64,000 nucleotides of DNA from an uncultured Vicinamibacterales bacterium (GTDB lineage: Bacteria; Acidobacteriota; Vicinamibacteria; Vicinamibacterales; JAKQTR01): positions 9,284-73,283 of the forward strand of contig CAYNDV010000004.1 in assembly GCA_964396055.1 (NCBI GenBank), read 5' to 3'. Below the pieces are notes generated by a model, which saw only the letters and a list, made by a program, of their open reading frames with translations, was not told where the DNA came from and did not search any database. A program made the translations under genes and the position numbers. This document shows positions 9,101 through 16,947 of this stretch, one piece after another (position 1 is the first letter of the stretch; every line of letters begins with the position of its first letter).

Positions 9101-9671
9101 CGGTGCAGCGCGCCGCGAGGCGCGGCGAGTTGGTGGTGCTGACCAGGGACCGGGCCGCGGCCCGCCGCATCTGCTCCAGGATCCGGCGGTGCCAGAGGCG
9201 GCCGAGGCGGCCGGCCGCCTCGCGCTCCACCTGCATCCAGTCGTCCATGTGCAGCAGGACCATGGGCAGGTCGTAATGCTCGGCGGCCATCACCGCGAGG
9301 CGCAGGTAGCGGTACGACAGCCCCGAAAAGTACACGACGTCCGGGGTGAAACCGCGCCGCTCGATCTGCTGGCGGACGAAGGCGAAGTCCTGGGCGATGC
9401 ACGACTCGGCGAACAGACCCTTCAGCAGACCCTTCGTCAGGCCGCCGGTCAGCCGGTTCACGGCGGCGTGGGGCGCGGGCGTGCGCCACGGGCCGAGGTA
9501 CACGAACCGGTCGGCGTACTCGGGCGCCGGTGTGATGTTGCGGTAGTCGAAGAAGCCGAGCAGCCGGTCTGGCGGGAGGCCCTTCAGCACCGCATAGACC
9601 ACGATGCCGCCGCCCTGGATGGCGCTGATGGCGTTCTCGGCGAAATACAGCACGCGTCGCGGCTCCGCCAC
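6138..9671 (-). CDS. Three-part fusion protein: N-terminal GT-B glycosyltransferase, central radical-SAM-like domain lacking the Cys cluster, and C-terminal sulfotransferase
   Basis: 1177 aa, GTG start with GGAGGAGA upstream. N-terminus: RVLYFAENAISAIQGGGIVVYAVLKGL ... GKPVISMGHSDWHLHEYV (GT-B-like). Residues ~430-985 are paralogous to the neighbouring rSAM protein: RRGVLWLGEPGGAGW, GLPFCVF, CRACALAAICDG, DPRHYS. C-terminus: RVIVVAGMQRAASTWLYN, VIKTHNYF and LTSHREPLAALRS, which are PAPS-binding-like sulfotransferase motifs. Confidence 0.75.
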   Translation of the reverse strand: MAEPRRVLYFAENAISAIQGGGIVVYAVLKGLPPDRLLGFFDYRNITPAPEYADRFVYLGPWRTPAPHAAVNRLTGGLTKGLLKGLFAESCIAQDFAFVRQQIERRGFTPDVVYFSGLSYRYLRLAVMAAEHYDLPMVLLHMDDWMQVEREAAGRLGRLWHRRILEQMRRAAARSLVSTTNSPRLAARCTERSGYRHVPANNCCSDLMAFARAPERTAPNRIPIITYAGAMNRTLQGETLKVLASAVTELNAEGTRVHLHIYTPWEFAPEANAIAVPHAVFYKGQVGREQLTDIYRRSDFLATTVTYRDQHISLFRHSLSTKLSEYLCMGKPVISMGHSDWHLHEYVQEHGCGFSIPMDGNFSRAAIKKQLQGILATDPGVLAEIGRRNRRLWEQAHDVTVMAADTRRALRIDAASAGPDRRRGGTRVPVTALSRRGVLWLGEPGGAGWVPADKVMALARQLVDVFDHAAVDVQGVQVIDHPERDRITGYCHDIGLAPTLVIDDAATLTPEACRRIAEGLTYDVRLSLTGADRRGDVSAALGHLREAGVPARLDVRLRDGDNDWPACAADLAIADGACAVTFHAAAPVAGGGAAAQLAAAVSRAIDRLEAVGIETTVRGLPFCVFDDAHRPHVRNRRQEAYDLQVPEVSGAAWSLAPRQRDVAPAFDPPADLADQVRLARAATGASLSPPDTAAHRAICALSVRVPASGVRHFVVWLYGSTSVGLEVVQAIHEHPWLSRRVIVAGFLSSPGMCTSDTLHGYPWRPADWITSHPADAVLITSESSRLAIAERLERMGLLDRAIHCFGTAARAYRYERPAASPACPDVTGFAAADYAVRERLAGVASPAHLASDGPCRACALAAICDGPPVGADQPQWLVPVDGEPVADPRHYSRRHPQHVAPPDRAWATDHPVPRSIGSLVLPDWERREVTAPPDLGRPVAGPDRPTPRRGRVIVVAGMQRAASTWLYNAVSLLVSKYYPGRTVFALDETPGRLPDPEMPRPVLTKLGDEVGPLLLETFDTADTNYVIKTHNYFSLYRRLGDVILTSHREPLAALRSWILRFPNYPEDAHALIGRHLRWKPHGHYDLHYESVLEDQHAELARVARVLGLDLGDDELRAVLAEIEARRTAVRPYRHDRWDPVSLFFEGHGARYDKAPVIDVTIDEMRAQYPEFYKEHGY

Positions 9672-9755
9672 GAGACTCTCCTCCTGCCGCCATCCTGGCG
9701 GCGATCGTTCCTCCGTCAGGCCGGCTCAGCGCCCGGCGTGACGGCGCTCTTCACT

Positions 9756-11573
9756 TCAGGCGACGGCTTCGGCCGGCTCCCGGTCGTTCACGATGGGGTA
9801 CCCGGCCGGCAGGGCCCAGTCGAACTCCTGCGCCTCCACCACCTTCATCTGCTCGCACGAGTAGTGGGTCGGGTCGAAGACGGCGGCCGGCAGGTGCTGG
9901 CTGACGGCCTCGCCGAAGCCCAGGAACTCGGCGTAGTCGCGGTGGAACCCGTCGCAGATGCCCATCAGCGAGCACGCGCTGCAGGCCTGCTCCTTCGCGT
10001 ACGGGTGCATGACCTTCGGCATCAGGATCCGGAATTCCTTGTACGCGAGTTCGAGCGGGCTGGCGCCGGCCACCGGCCCGAGTTCGGGCAGGTACGACAC
10101 GTACTCGTAGCCCGAGTCCGCGGCCATGCGCTGGAGGGGGTTGGGGCATCCGTCCCCGCCGGCCGGGACCATCGCCGGCGCAAACACCTCGATGGTGTCT
10201 TCGCCGAAGCCGGCAGCCGCGAGCAGGGCCGAAATGGCCGCGCGCGAACTCTGCGAGGTGTTGATCACGAGATCCGGCGGATGGGCGGCGAGCCACTCGG
10301 GCGTTTCCCACGGCAGGCCGTGCAGGTGCGACGCGGTGCGGTACTGCGCCGAGGAGATGAACGCGACGAAGCGCAGCCGTCCCGCCAGCGCCGGCGACGC
10401 GGCGGCCGCCTGCATCACGGCCACGCCGATCGGCGCGCTGCCGAAGAGCGCGGCCGTCAGGCTCCCGGCCGCGCCGCGGACCCGGTCTTCGAGCGCCGCC
10501 AGCGCGCCGCGCACCGAGGCGCCCCAGCGCTGCGCGGCCGGCAGGCACGCCAACTCGGTCCCGAATGCGCGCGTCCGTACGGCCTCGACATGGCGGAAGA
10601 AGTTCACGGGTTCGTCCAGGGGACCCGTCGCCTGGCGCTGGGCCGGCGCGCCCGTCCAGGATTCGCCCGCGCTCTCCCACTCGTGCAGGTCGTAGATGAT
10701 CTGCTGGAAGTTCTGCACGTACTTGCGGTACCGCTCCGGAAAGAGACAGAAGGGCAGGTACCGGACGTTGGCCTCGACCTCGTGCGCCTCCAGGTAGTCG
10801 AGCACCGGCAACAGGTGATCGACGGCGTCCGAGTAGCGGGGTACGTTCTCGAGGCTGCGCTTGTTGCCCTGGCTCTGATCGACAAAGGGGTTGAAGGCGA
10901 TGAAGTTCACGGCCCGCGCGCCCCGGTCGACGGCCAGGCGCGCCACATCCATGAGATCCGGCAGGGCCTCCTGGCACAGCACGGTGTTGAAACGGAACGG
11001 TACGCCGAGGTCGGCCAGGTTGGCGATGGCGCGCTGCATCCGGTCAGCCGCGCCCGGGACGCGCACCACCTTGTCGTAGCGCGCGCCGAGGCCGTGCACG
11101 CTCAGCAGGAAGTCGTAGACGCCGGCGTCCTGCAACTGGCGGCACTTGTCCCGGCTGGCCAGCGCGAAACCGTTGGAGATGAGCGTGGGCTTCAGCCCGA
11201 TCGCGTTGCAGTACTCGAGCAGGGGCACGATGTGCCGGTAGATGGTCGGCTCGCCGCCCTGGATGTCGACGGCGTTGTTGCCGTACACGTCCACGAGCGT
11301 CCGGCACATCGCCTGGATCTTCTCGAGCGGCATGAACGCATGTTCCGGGTGGTGGCTGTCGGCGATCTTGTCGAGGAAGTAGCAGAAGTGGCACCGCAGG
11401 TTGCACGTCTGCCCGATCCAGAGCACGCCGCGGCGGCAGAGCGCCCGATGGTTGGTCAGGACGTACCCGTCCTTGTGGATGACGCGAATCGCGTGGGGTG
11501 CTGCGCTCGGCACGATGGTTCCTCCTGCTGATCCGGACCGTGTTCCACCGGTCCGCTCTCCGGCCGCGGTCAC
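9756..11573 (-). CDS. Radical SAM enzyme with a long C-terminal extension (Rossmann-like module plus CxxC...C motif)
   Basis: GVLWIGQTCNLRCHFCYF gives the CxxxCxxC cluster and DIQGGEPT gives the SAM-binding GGE motif. The C-terminal part contains RFVAFISSAQYRTASHLHGLPWETPEWL and CSACSLMGICDG. The GTG start forms a GTGA overlap with the upstream stop at 11570-11573. Confidence 0.8.
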   Translation of the reverse strand: MTAAGERTGGTRSGSAGGTIVPSAAPHAIRVIHKDGYVLTNHRALCRRGVLWIGQTCNLRCHFCYFLDKIADSHHPEHAFMPLEKIQAMCRTLVDVYGNNAVDIQGGEPTIYRHIVPLLEYCNAIGLKPTLISNGFALASRDKCRQLQDAGVYDFLLSVHGLGARYDKVVRVPGAADRMQRAIANLADLGVPFRFNTVLCQEALPDLMDVARLAVDRGARAVNFIAFNPFVDQSQGNKRSLENVPRYSDAVDHLLPVLDYLEAHEVEANVRYLPFCLFPERYRKYVQNFQQIIYDLHEWESAGESWTGAPAQRQATGPLDEPVNFFRHVEAVRTRAFGTELACLPAAQRWGASVRGALAALEDRVRGAAGSLTAALFGSAPIGVAVMQAAAASPALAGRLRFVAFISSAQYRTASHLHGLPWETPEWLAAHPPDLVINTSQSSRAAISALLAAAGFGEDTIEVFAPAMVPAGGDGCPNPLQRMAADSGYEYVSYLPELGPVAGASPLELAYKEFRILMPKVMHPYAKEQACSACSLMGICDGFHRDYAEFLGFGEAVSQHLPAAVFDPTHYSCEQMKVVEAQEFDWALPAGYPIVNDREPAEAVA

Positions 11574-13504
11574 GGCGTGAACACGACCGGGTAATGCCGT
11601 TCCACTTCCTCGAAATATCCAACCAGATCCGACAGGGGCGCGAACCGGCGCGTCGGCGCCACGTCATCCACCCTGAAGACCTCAAAGGGACCCAGCGCGC
11701 GCACGCGCGGCACGATGGCGTCGAACGCGCACGAAAAGACGACGACTGCGGTGTCGGCGGCGTCGCAGATCCGCAGCGCCTCCGGATCCGACACGGGGTA
11801 GCCCGCCACGGTCGATCCCCACCGCGCGGCGTCGCCGTCGACGAGCAGGTCCAGCCGCCGCCCGATGGTCCGGTGCGCGGCGTGGAAGAGCGATCCCGTG
11901 CCCCATCCGGCCACCCGGTCGAACCGGTCCAGCGGGCGCGCCCCGGCGGCGGCCCGTGCGTTGGCGCGGATCCAGGACTGCACCTCGCAGTTGGGCCAGT
12001 TGTAGACCGTGTCGGACAGGAAGAAGAGCACCGCCGCGATGTCGGCGCGATCCGTCATCGGGAGGGCCGCCACGCGCTGCTCGACGGCCCGCCAGAAGTC
12101 GGCGAGGCCGGCGCAGCCCGCCGTGTCGGCCTCGTCGAGGCGGTGGGCCGAGCCGAGCCCGGGGATGGCGTTGAACCGCGTGCGGACCCGCGCGTAGTAC
12201 GCCTCGCGTGAGGCGCCCAGGACGGGCTTGAAGCGCGCCGGTTCGCGACGCGCGGCCTCGGCCTGCTCCGGGCGTACGTGCAGGCGGCCGTGGGCCACGG
12301 CCCCCGTCGGCAGCAGGTCGTGCCGGCGCGTCAGCGCCATGGGGTGCGGCGTGGCCGACTCGACCGTCAGCGTCCGGCTCACCCGGTGCGGGATCCCCCG
12401 CCGCTGGCATTCGAGGCCGAACGAGACGTCTTCCCACTCACAGTGGAACAAGGACTCGTCCTGGCCCACCATCGTCCACACGGTGCGGGTCGAAACGTAG
12501 AGGCCGCCGCAGCAGAAGGCCGTCTCCGCGAAGTCGTCGAGGGGCGAGTAGAGGATGCGTTCCCCGGCGTACACGCCGCTCGCCAGCGCCTCACGCAGCC
12601 CCCGCCGCTGGTGCAGCACCTGGTACTCGGCGTACCGCTGCGGGAACCGCCGGTCGAGATCGGCATAGAAGACCTGGGGAAAGGTGCACACCCCGATCGC
12701 GCGGCCGATACCGCGCAGCGCCGCCGCCCAGCCTGGCGTCACGACGTACCGGTCGTGCAGCAGGCACAGGCGCTCGTGGCGGGCCGCCGCGGCGATGAGG
12801 TTCTTCTTGCGGGTGATCCAGCCGCGGGGCTCGGGCTGCTCGAGGTCGATCTGCCGCACGCGCGGATCGTCCGGCACGCCATCCGGCCGCGGGCCGCAGA
12901 AGATCACTTCGACGTCCGGCAGATCGAGGGCGAGCAGGGCGCCGGCCATCTGCGCCGCCCGGTGGGACGGTCCCGCCGTCAGGATGCCGAAGGTCCAGCC
13001 GTCCGCGGCGGCCGCGGCGGCCACGGGCGCCGGCCCGGTCTTGCGGAACACCTGGTGCCGGTACGGCCCCTGTACCGCATCCTCGACCTGGCGCAGGCAG
13101 GACCGGAAATACTCGCGCTGCGGGAAGTCGTCATCACAGAGCGGCGTGCCGCGGGTCCATTCCGCCCGGTCGAGGTCGATCCAGATGCCGCCCGGCGCCA
13201 GGGCGTGCAGCACCTCCCAGAAGAGGAGCGGCGCGAAGCGCGACGAGCGCAGTCCCGTGGTGACCACGGCCGGCTGGCACTCGACGCCGAGGACCGGATC
13301 GAGCCTGAAGCCGCCGTCCACGCCGGCCTCCACGTCCAGCCGTGGCGCGCCGATGCCCGCGGTGGCCGGCGCCGGGCCGTAGCCGCAGTGCACCCAGCCG
13401 GTCCGGTCCAGCACGTGGCGATGCTCCGCCAACGCGCGGGCCAGCCACCGCGCCGGGGGCGCGAACGGCTGTCGGGCGAAGCGGAGCGCCTCGTGCAGGG
13501 CCAT
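11570..13504 (-). CDS. Multidomain protein: N-terminal methyltransferase-like remnant, central GT-A (GT2-like) domain and C-terminal Rossmann-like module
   Basis: 644 aa. FWEVLHALAPGGIWIDLD resembles a SAM-MTase tail. WTFGILTAGPSHRAAQMAGALLALDLPDVEVIFCG...GWITRKKNLIAAAARHERLCLLHDRYVVTPGW resembles a GT-A fold. VAGWGTGSLFHAAHRTIGRRLDLLVDGDAARWGSTVAGYPV is the C-terminal module. Domain calls are by eye only. Confidence 0.55.
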   Translation of the reverse strand: MALHEALRFARQPFAPPARWLARALAEHRHVLDRTGWVHCGYGPAPATAGIGAPRLDVEAGVDGGFRLDPVLGVECQPAVVTTGLRSSRFAPLLFWEVLHALAPGGIWIDLDRAEWTRGTPLCDDDFPQREYFRSCLRQVEDAVQGPYRHQVFRKTGPAPVAAAAAADGWTFGILTAGPSHRAAQMAGALLALDLPDVEVIFCGPRPDGVPDDPRVRQIDLEQPEPRGWITRKKNLIAAAARHERLCLLHDRYVVTPGWAAALRGIGRAIGVCTFPQVFYADLDRRFPQRYAEYQVLHQRRGLREALASGVYAGERILYSPLDDFAETAFCCGGLYVSTRTVWTMVGQDESLFHCEWEDVSFGLECQRRGIPHRVSRTLTVESATPHPMALTRRHDLLPTGAVAHGRLHVRPEQAEAARREPARFKPVLGASREAYYARVRTRFNAIPGLGSAHRLDEADTAGCAGLADFWRAVEQRVAALPMTDRADIAAVLFFLSDTVYNWPNCEVQSWIRANARAAAGARPLDRFDRVAGWGTGSLFHAAHRTIGRRLDLLVDGDAARWGSTVAGYPVSDPEALRICDAADTAVVVFSCAFDAIVPRVRALGPFEVFRVDDVAPTRRFAPLSDLVGYFEEVERHYPVVFTP

Positions 13505-13507
13505 GAG

Positions 13508-14155
13508 TCAGCAGGCCTCCCGGGTGCGCAGGTCGAGTTGATCGAGTTCCACCAGGTCGCTCACCCGCACGAGGGCCGCTCCGGCGGGGACGACGCGCCG
13601 GAGCGCCGCGAGCACCTCATCGTCGGATCGCACGGCGCGGTGGTGGAGCGCGGTCACGACGTTGGTCGATTCGAAGAGGACGAGCGACCCGCGAACGGCC
13701 TCCGGGATGAGCCCGTCGAGCCCGGTGTCGACCGGCACGTACGTGCCGGCATCGCGCCACCCCGAACCTGCGGGGCAGCGGATGGGCCACGGCTCATCGG
13801 CGGGCCCGCGCTGTACGCCGTACACGCCCAGGCCCGCTGCCCACGCGCCCGCCACCAGCGACGCGTCGGGCAGCGTGTCGGCGAGCAGGTAGAGCGGCAA
13901 CTGGTGCCGGTTCACGGCCGGGTCGCAGAGCACGTCCAGGACCTGGCCGAGCACGGGAGTGCCCGGGCCGATGCGGACCAGGCTCGGCACGCCGCGACGG
14001 TACGCCCGCCGCAGGGCGCCGAGGGTGTCGGGGCCGTCGAACTTGTCCCACAAGCCGCGCCAGGCGACGGCCGGGAGCGCCAGGGCATCTGGCCGGCACG
14101 CGTCCCGCGGCGTGGAACCCCGGTGGAGAGCCGTTGCAAACAACACCGCGCCCAT
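13508..14155 (-). CDS. Hypothetical protein (215 aa), translationally coupled within the glycosylation operon
   Basis: Track ORF 13508..14761 trimmed to MGAVLFATALHRGSTPRD. The ATG at 14155 forms an ATGA overlap with the WavE stop, and there is a 3-nt gap to the next gene. No family recognised. Confidence 0.5.
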   Translation of the reverse strand: MGAVLFATALHRGSTPRDACRPDALALPAVAWRGLWDKFDGPDTLGALRRAYRRGVPSLVRIGPGTPVLGQVLDVLCDPAVNRHQLPLYLLADTLPDASLVAGAWAAGLGVYGVQRGPADEPWPIRCPAGSGWRDAGTYVPVDTGLDGLIPEAVRGSLVLFESTNVVTALHHRAVRSDDEVLAALRRVVPAGAALVRVSDLVELDQLDLRTREAC

Positions 14156-15450
14156 CAGTGGATCCTCCCCGTAAGGGTCCGCAGCGACGTGCGGTCCGGG
14201 TCGCAGTCGTCGTCCACGCCCGGCAGGGGACCGGCCTCGAGCTGGTCCCAGAAGGCGGGTGTGACGAGTTGGCGGGGGCCGGTGCGGAGGCTCAGGTCGG
14301 GAATCGCCAGGTTCTTCAGCCAGATCAGGTCGAACCAGTCGTGGCCGACCACGGCGAAGTGATCGCGGTAGAACGCCCAACTGTCGGCCAGCGTGCCGTC
14401 GACGGGCCGGCCGATGGTCCGGTTGAACTGCAGACCGAAGTACGACTCGGCCGGATGGCCGTCGAGACAGACGTCGGTGAGGGGACGATCGGCGCGGTCG
14501 GGAGACAGCAGCGCCCCTTCGCGCTCGTCGAGGGCGGCCGACCAGTACTGCTCCAGGTCGCCGGCGTGGCCCAGCATCACCAGGTCGGACGGGTGGTAGA
14601 GCAGGAAGCGGCGCGTATAGGCGCTGGGGACGATCAGGCGATCCTGGAGCCCCCGGCAGCGGGCCGCCCTCGCGTCGAAGCGTGCCAGATGCCGGCGGGC
14701 GCGATCGAACACCCCGGGGTCCAGCACGGCGAGATCGGTGCGTGTCTTGAGCACCAGGCAAGCGCCGCGTTCGACGGCCCTGCGGATGCCGGCGCGCGTG
14801 GACACGATCTGCCGGTTGCGGTTCTGGATGCCGTCGCGATCCGGCGGCGTACTGAGCACCACCTCGTCCACCGCCGGTCGCACCGCGTCGAGCAACCCGG
14901 GATCCGTGCCGGCCCAGGTGGACAGCACGATCGTGTCGTGCGGGTGCAGGGCCGACAGCGCCCGCAGGACGCGGGGCGTCTCATCGGCGAAAACCGGGCC
15001 CTGGACGACGATCGCGTCGGTTGACGAGGGCGCGCGGGTGGCCGATCGGGCGGCCAGGGCATCGAGGCCGGCCAGTTGCGCCCGCACGGACGCGTCGGCG
15101 AACACGGCGCTGGCGGGCAGGGCCGGCGCGCCGCACAGCGCGGCCACCTGGTCCCGGATCTCCGGCCAGGCCGACGAATAGACGACCACGACCGTCGTAC
15201 CCCGCGGCTCGGCGGCGAGCCGCTCCGGCGGCGCGATCTCGATGCCGCGGCAGCGCCGGCCCCAGCGCGACCGGTCGTTGTCGACCACATAGTCGAGCCG
15301 GACGGGATACAGGCTGTGGAAGTAGTCGAACACGCTCCCCGTTCCCCAGCCCACGAGGGTCGTGGACCGCGCCGACACCAGCCGCGAGACGGCGTCGAGC
15401 GCCTCACGATCGATGCGTCCGGAACCCGGGGCAGGCGACGCGTGCATCAC
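14155..15450 (-). CDS. WavE-family polysaccharide biosynthesis protein with an N-terminal Rossmann-like module
   Basis: IVVQGPVFADETPRVLRALSALHPHDTIVLSTWAGTD...IQNRNRQIVSTRAGIRRAVERGACLVLKTRTDL resembles the WavE lipopolysaccharide-synthesis family. The N-terminus is LVGWGTGSVFDYFHSLYPVRLDYVVDNDRSRWGRRCRGIEI. The start could be GTG 15450 or ATG 15447. Confidence 0.65.
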   Translation of the reverse strand: MMHASPAPGSGRIDREALDAVSRLVSARSTTLVGWGTGSVFDYFHSLYPVRLDYVVDNDRSRWGRRCRGIEIAPPERLAAEPRGTTVVVVYSSAWPEIRDQVAALCGAPALPASAVFADASVRAQLAGLDALAARSATRAPSSTDAIVVQGPVFADETPRVLRALSALHPHDTIVLSTWAGTDPGLLDAVRPAVDEVVLSTPPDRDGIQNRNRQIVSTRAGIRRAVERGACLVLKTRTDLAVLDPGVFDRARRHLARFDARAARCRGLQDRLIVPSAYTRRFLLYHPSDLVMLGHAGDLEQYWSAALDEREGALLSPDRADRPLTDVCLDGHPAESYFGLQFNRTIGRPVDGTLADSWAFYRDHFAVVGHDWFDLIWLKNLAIPDLSLRTGPRQLVTPAFWDQLEAGPLPGVDDDCDPDRTSLRTLTGRIH

Positions 15451-15453
15451 GCC

Positions 15454-16203
15454 TCAGGCCACCGCCCGCAGCGACACGGGGTTGGAGAGGAACAACTGGA
15501 GATCGGACGGGATCCCGAGGCCGTGCATGCCGGCGCCCTCGCGGCCCACGTTGAAGACGGCGATGCGTGCGCCCTCACCGATCAGTTCGTTGTACACGGG
15601 CGCCACGTAGAACTCGTTGTTCACCCGCAGGTTCTTCGCAATCATCCGATCGGCGGCCCGCACGAAGTCGGCGCCGCGGCGGAAGTTGTAGATGCCCACC
15701 GTGGCTTCGCGCGAGATGACCTGCTTCTCGACCACGCGCGTGACACGACCCTCGCCATCGAACCCGACAAACGACCACTTGGGATCGTCAGCCGCCATCG
15801 TCATGATCAGGCCGTCGGCCTGCTGCCGGTCCATGGTGGCCAGGTAGTCGTCGATGTCGAGGTCGACCCACTGATCGCTGTTGGCCAGCATCAGGGCGTC
15901 GCCGTTGTCGATGAGCGTCCGCGCGAGCAGGACGGTGCAGGCCGCGCCCTCCGTCACGCCGTCGACGGGCACCACGGCGCATCCGGGCGCCACGCGCTCG
16001 AGGGTGCGCTGCATGCCGAAACGCTCGAGGTGTTCGCGCAGGGCGACGAAGACGAAACGGTGGGCCTGGCGGGGCCGCACGTTCTGGACGACCACCTCGA
16101 TCATGGGGCGGCCGTGCACGGGAATCAGGGGCTTGGGCAGATCGTAGCCCGCGGTGGCGAAGCGGCTTCCGCGGCCGGCGATGGGCAGGACGATGTTCAG
16201 CAT
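15454..16203 (-). CDS. Sugar-phosphate nucleotidyltransferase (GT-A/NTP_transferase fold), paralogue 1
   Basis: MLNIVLPIAGRGSRFATAGYDLPKPLIPVHGRPMIE carries the G-x-G-x-R nucleotide-binding signature. The C-terminal region FYVAPVYNELI is shared with the adjacent paralogue. Confidence 0.75.
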   Translation of the reverse strand: MLNIVLPIAGRGSRFATAGYDLPKPLIPVHGRPMIEVVVQNVRPRQAHRFVFVALREHLERFGMQRTLERVAPGCAVVPVDGVTEGAACTVLLARTLIDNGDALMLANSDQWVDLDIDDYLATMDRQQADGLIMTMAADDPKWSFVGFDGEGRVTRVVEKQVISREATVGIYNFRRGADFVRAADRMIAKNLRVNNEFYVAPVYNELIGEGARIAVFNVGREGAGMHGLGIPSDLQLFLSNPVSLRAVA

Positions 16204-16212
16204 GGTGACCGT

Positions 16213-16947
16213 TCAGACGGCGGCCGGCAGCGCCGACGCCTCGAATCGCTGCACTTCTTCCGGCGTGCCGAGGCCGTGCATCTGGCCCGCGGAGATCGGG
16301 AAGTGGCCGACGCGGCGGCCGGCGAGAATCAGTTCGTTGTAGACCGGCGCCACGTAGAACTCGCCGGACACGGAGGCGTTCTTCAGCAGCATCCGTTCGG
16401 CGCCGCGCACGAAGTCGCTGCCGCGGCGGAAGTAGTAGAGACCCGCCGTGGCGTTGCGGCTGATGGGCTGCTTCTCCGCCACCGCCACTACCTGGCCGTC
16501 TTCTTCGCGGACGTACGACCAGCGCGGATGGGTGTTCGGGAACGTCATGACGTAGCCGTCCCACTGGCCCACGCGGGCCGCCGCCAGGAACTCGTCCACC
16601 GGGACGTCGATGTACTGGTCCGCGTTGGCGATCAGCAGTTCGTCGTCCTGCGGCAGGTACTCCATCCCGAGCAGGACGCTGCACAAGGCGCCGGCCGTCG
16701 GCTGGCCCATCGTCACCAGCCGGCAGTCGGGGGCGATCAGACGGAGCACGTCGCCCAGGGCGAAGCCCTGCACGTGCTCCTGCCGGCACACGAAGACGAA
16801 CTGGTGGGGTTCGCGCGGCGTGAGGTTGCGGACCACGATTTCGACGAGGGGTTGGCCCGCGACTTCCACGAGGGGCTTGGGGAACGTGTAGCCGCGTTCG
16901 GCGAACTGGCGGCCTTCGCCGCCCATGGGCACGACAATGTGAATCAT
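16213..16947 (-). CDS. Sugar-phosphate nucleotidyltransferase, paralogue 2 (tandem duplicate)
   Basis: Track ORF 16213..17628 trimmed to MIHIVVPMGGEGRQFAERGYTFPKPLVEVAGQPLVE (ATG at 16947, ATGA overlap with the HAD gene stop). It is collinear with paralogue 1 along its whole length (FYVAPVYNELI, MHGLGTPE). Confidence 0.75.
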   Translation of the reverse strand: MIHIVVPMGGEGRQFAERGYTFPKPLVEVAGQPLVEIVVRNLTPREPHQFVFVCRQEHVQGFALGDVLRLIAPDCRLVTMGQPTAGALCSVLLGMEYLPQDDELLIANADQYIDVPVDEFLAAARVGQWDGYVMTFPNTHPRWSYVREEDGQVVAVAEKQPISRNATAGLYYFRRGSDFVRGAERMLLKNASVSGEFYVAPVYNELILAGRRVGHFPISAGQMHGLGTPEEVQRFEASALPAAV

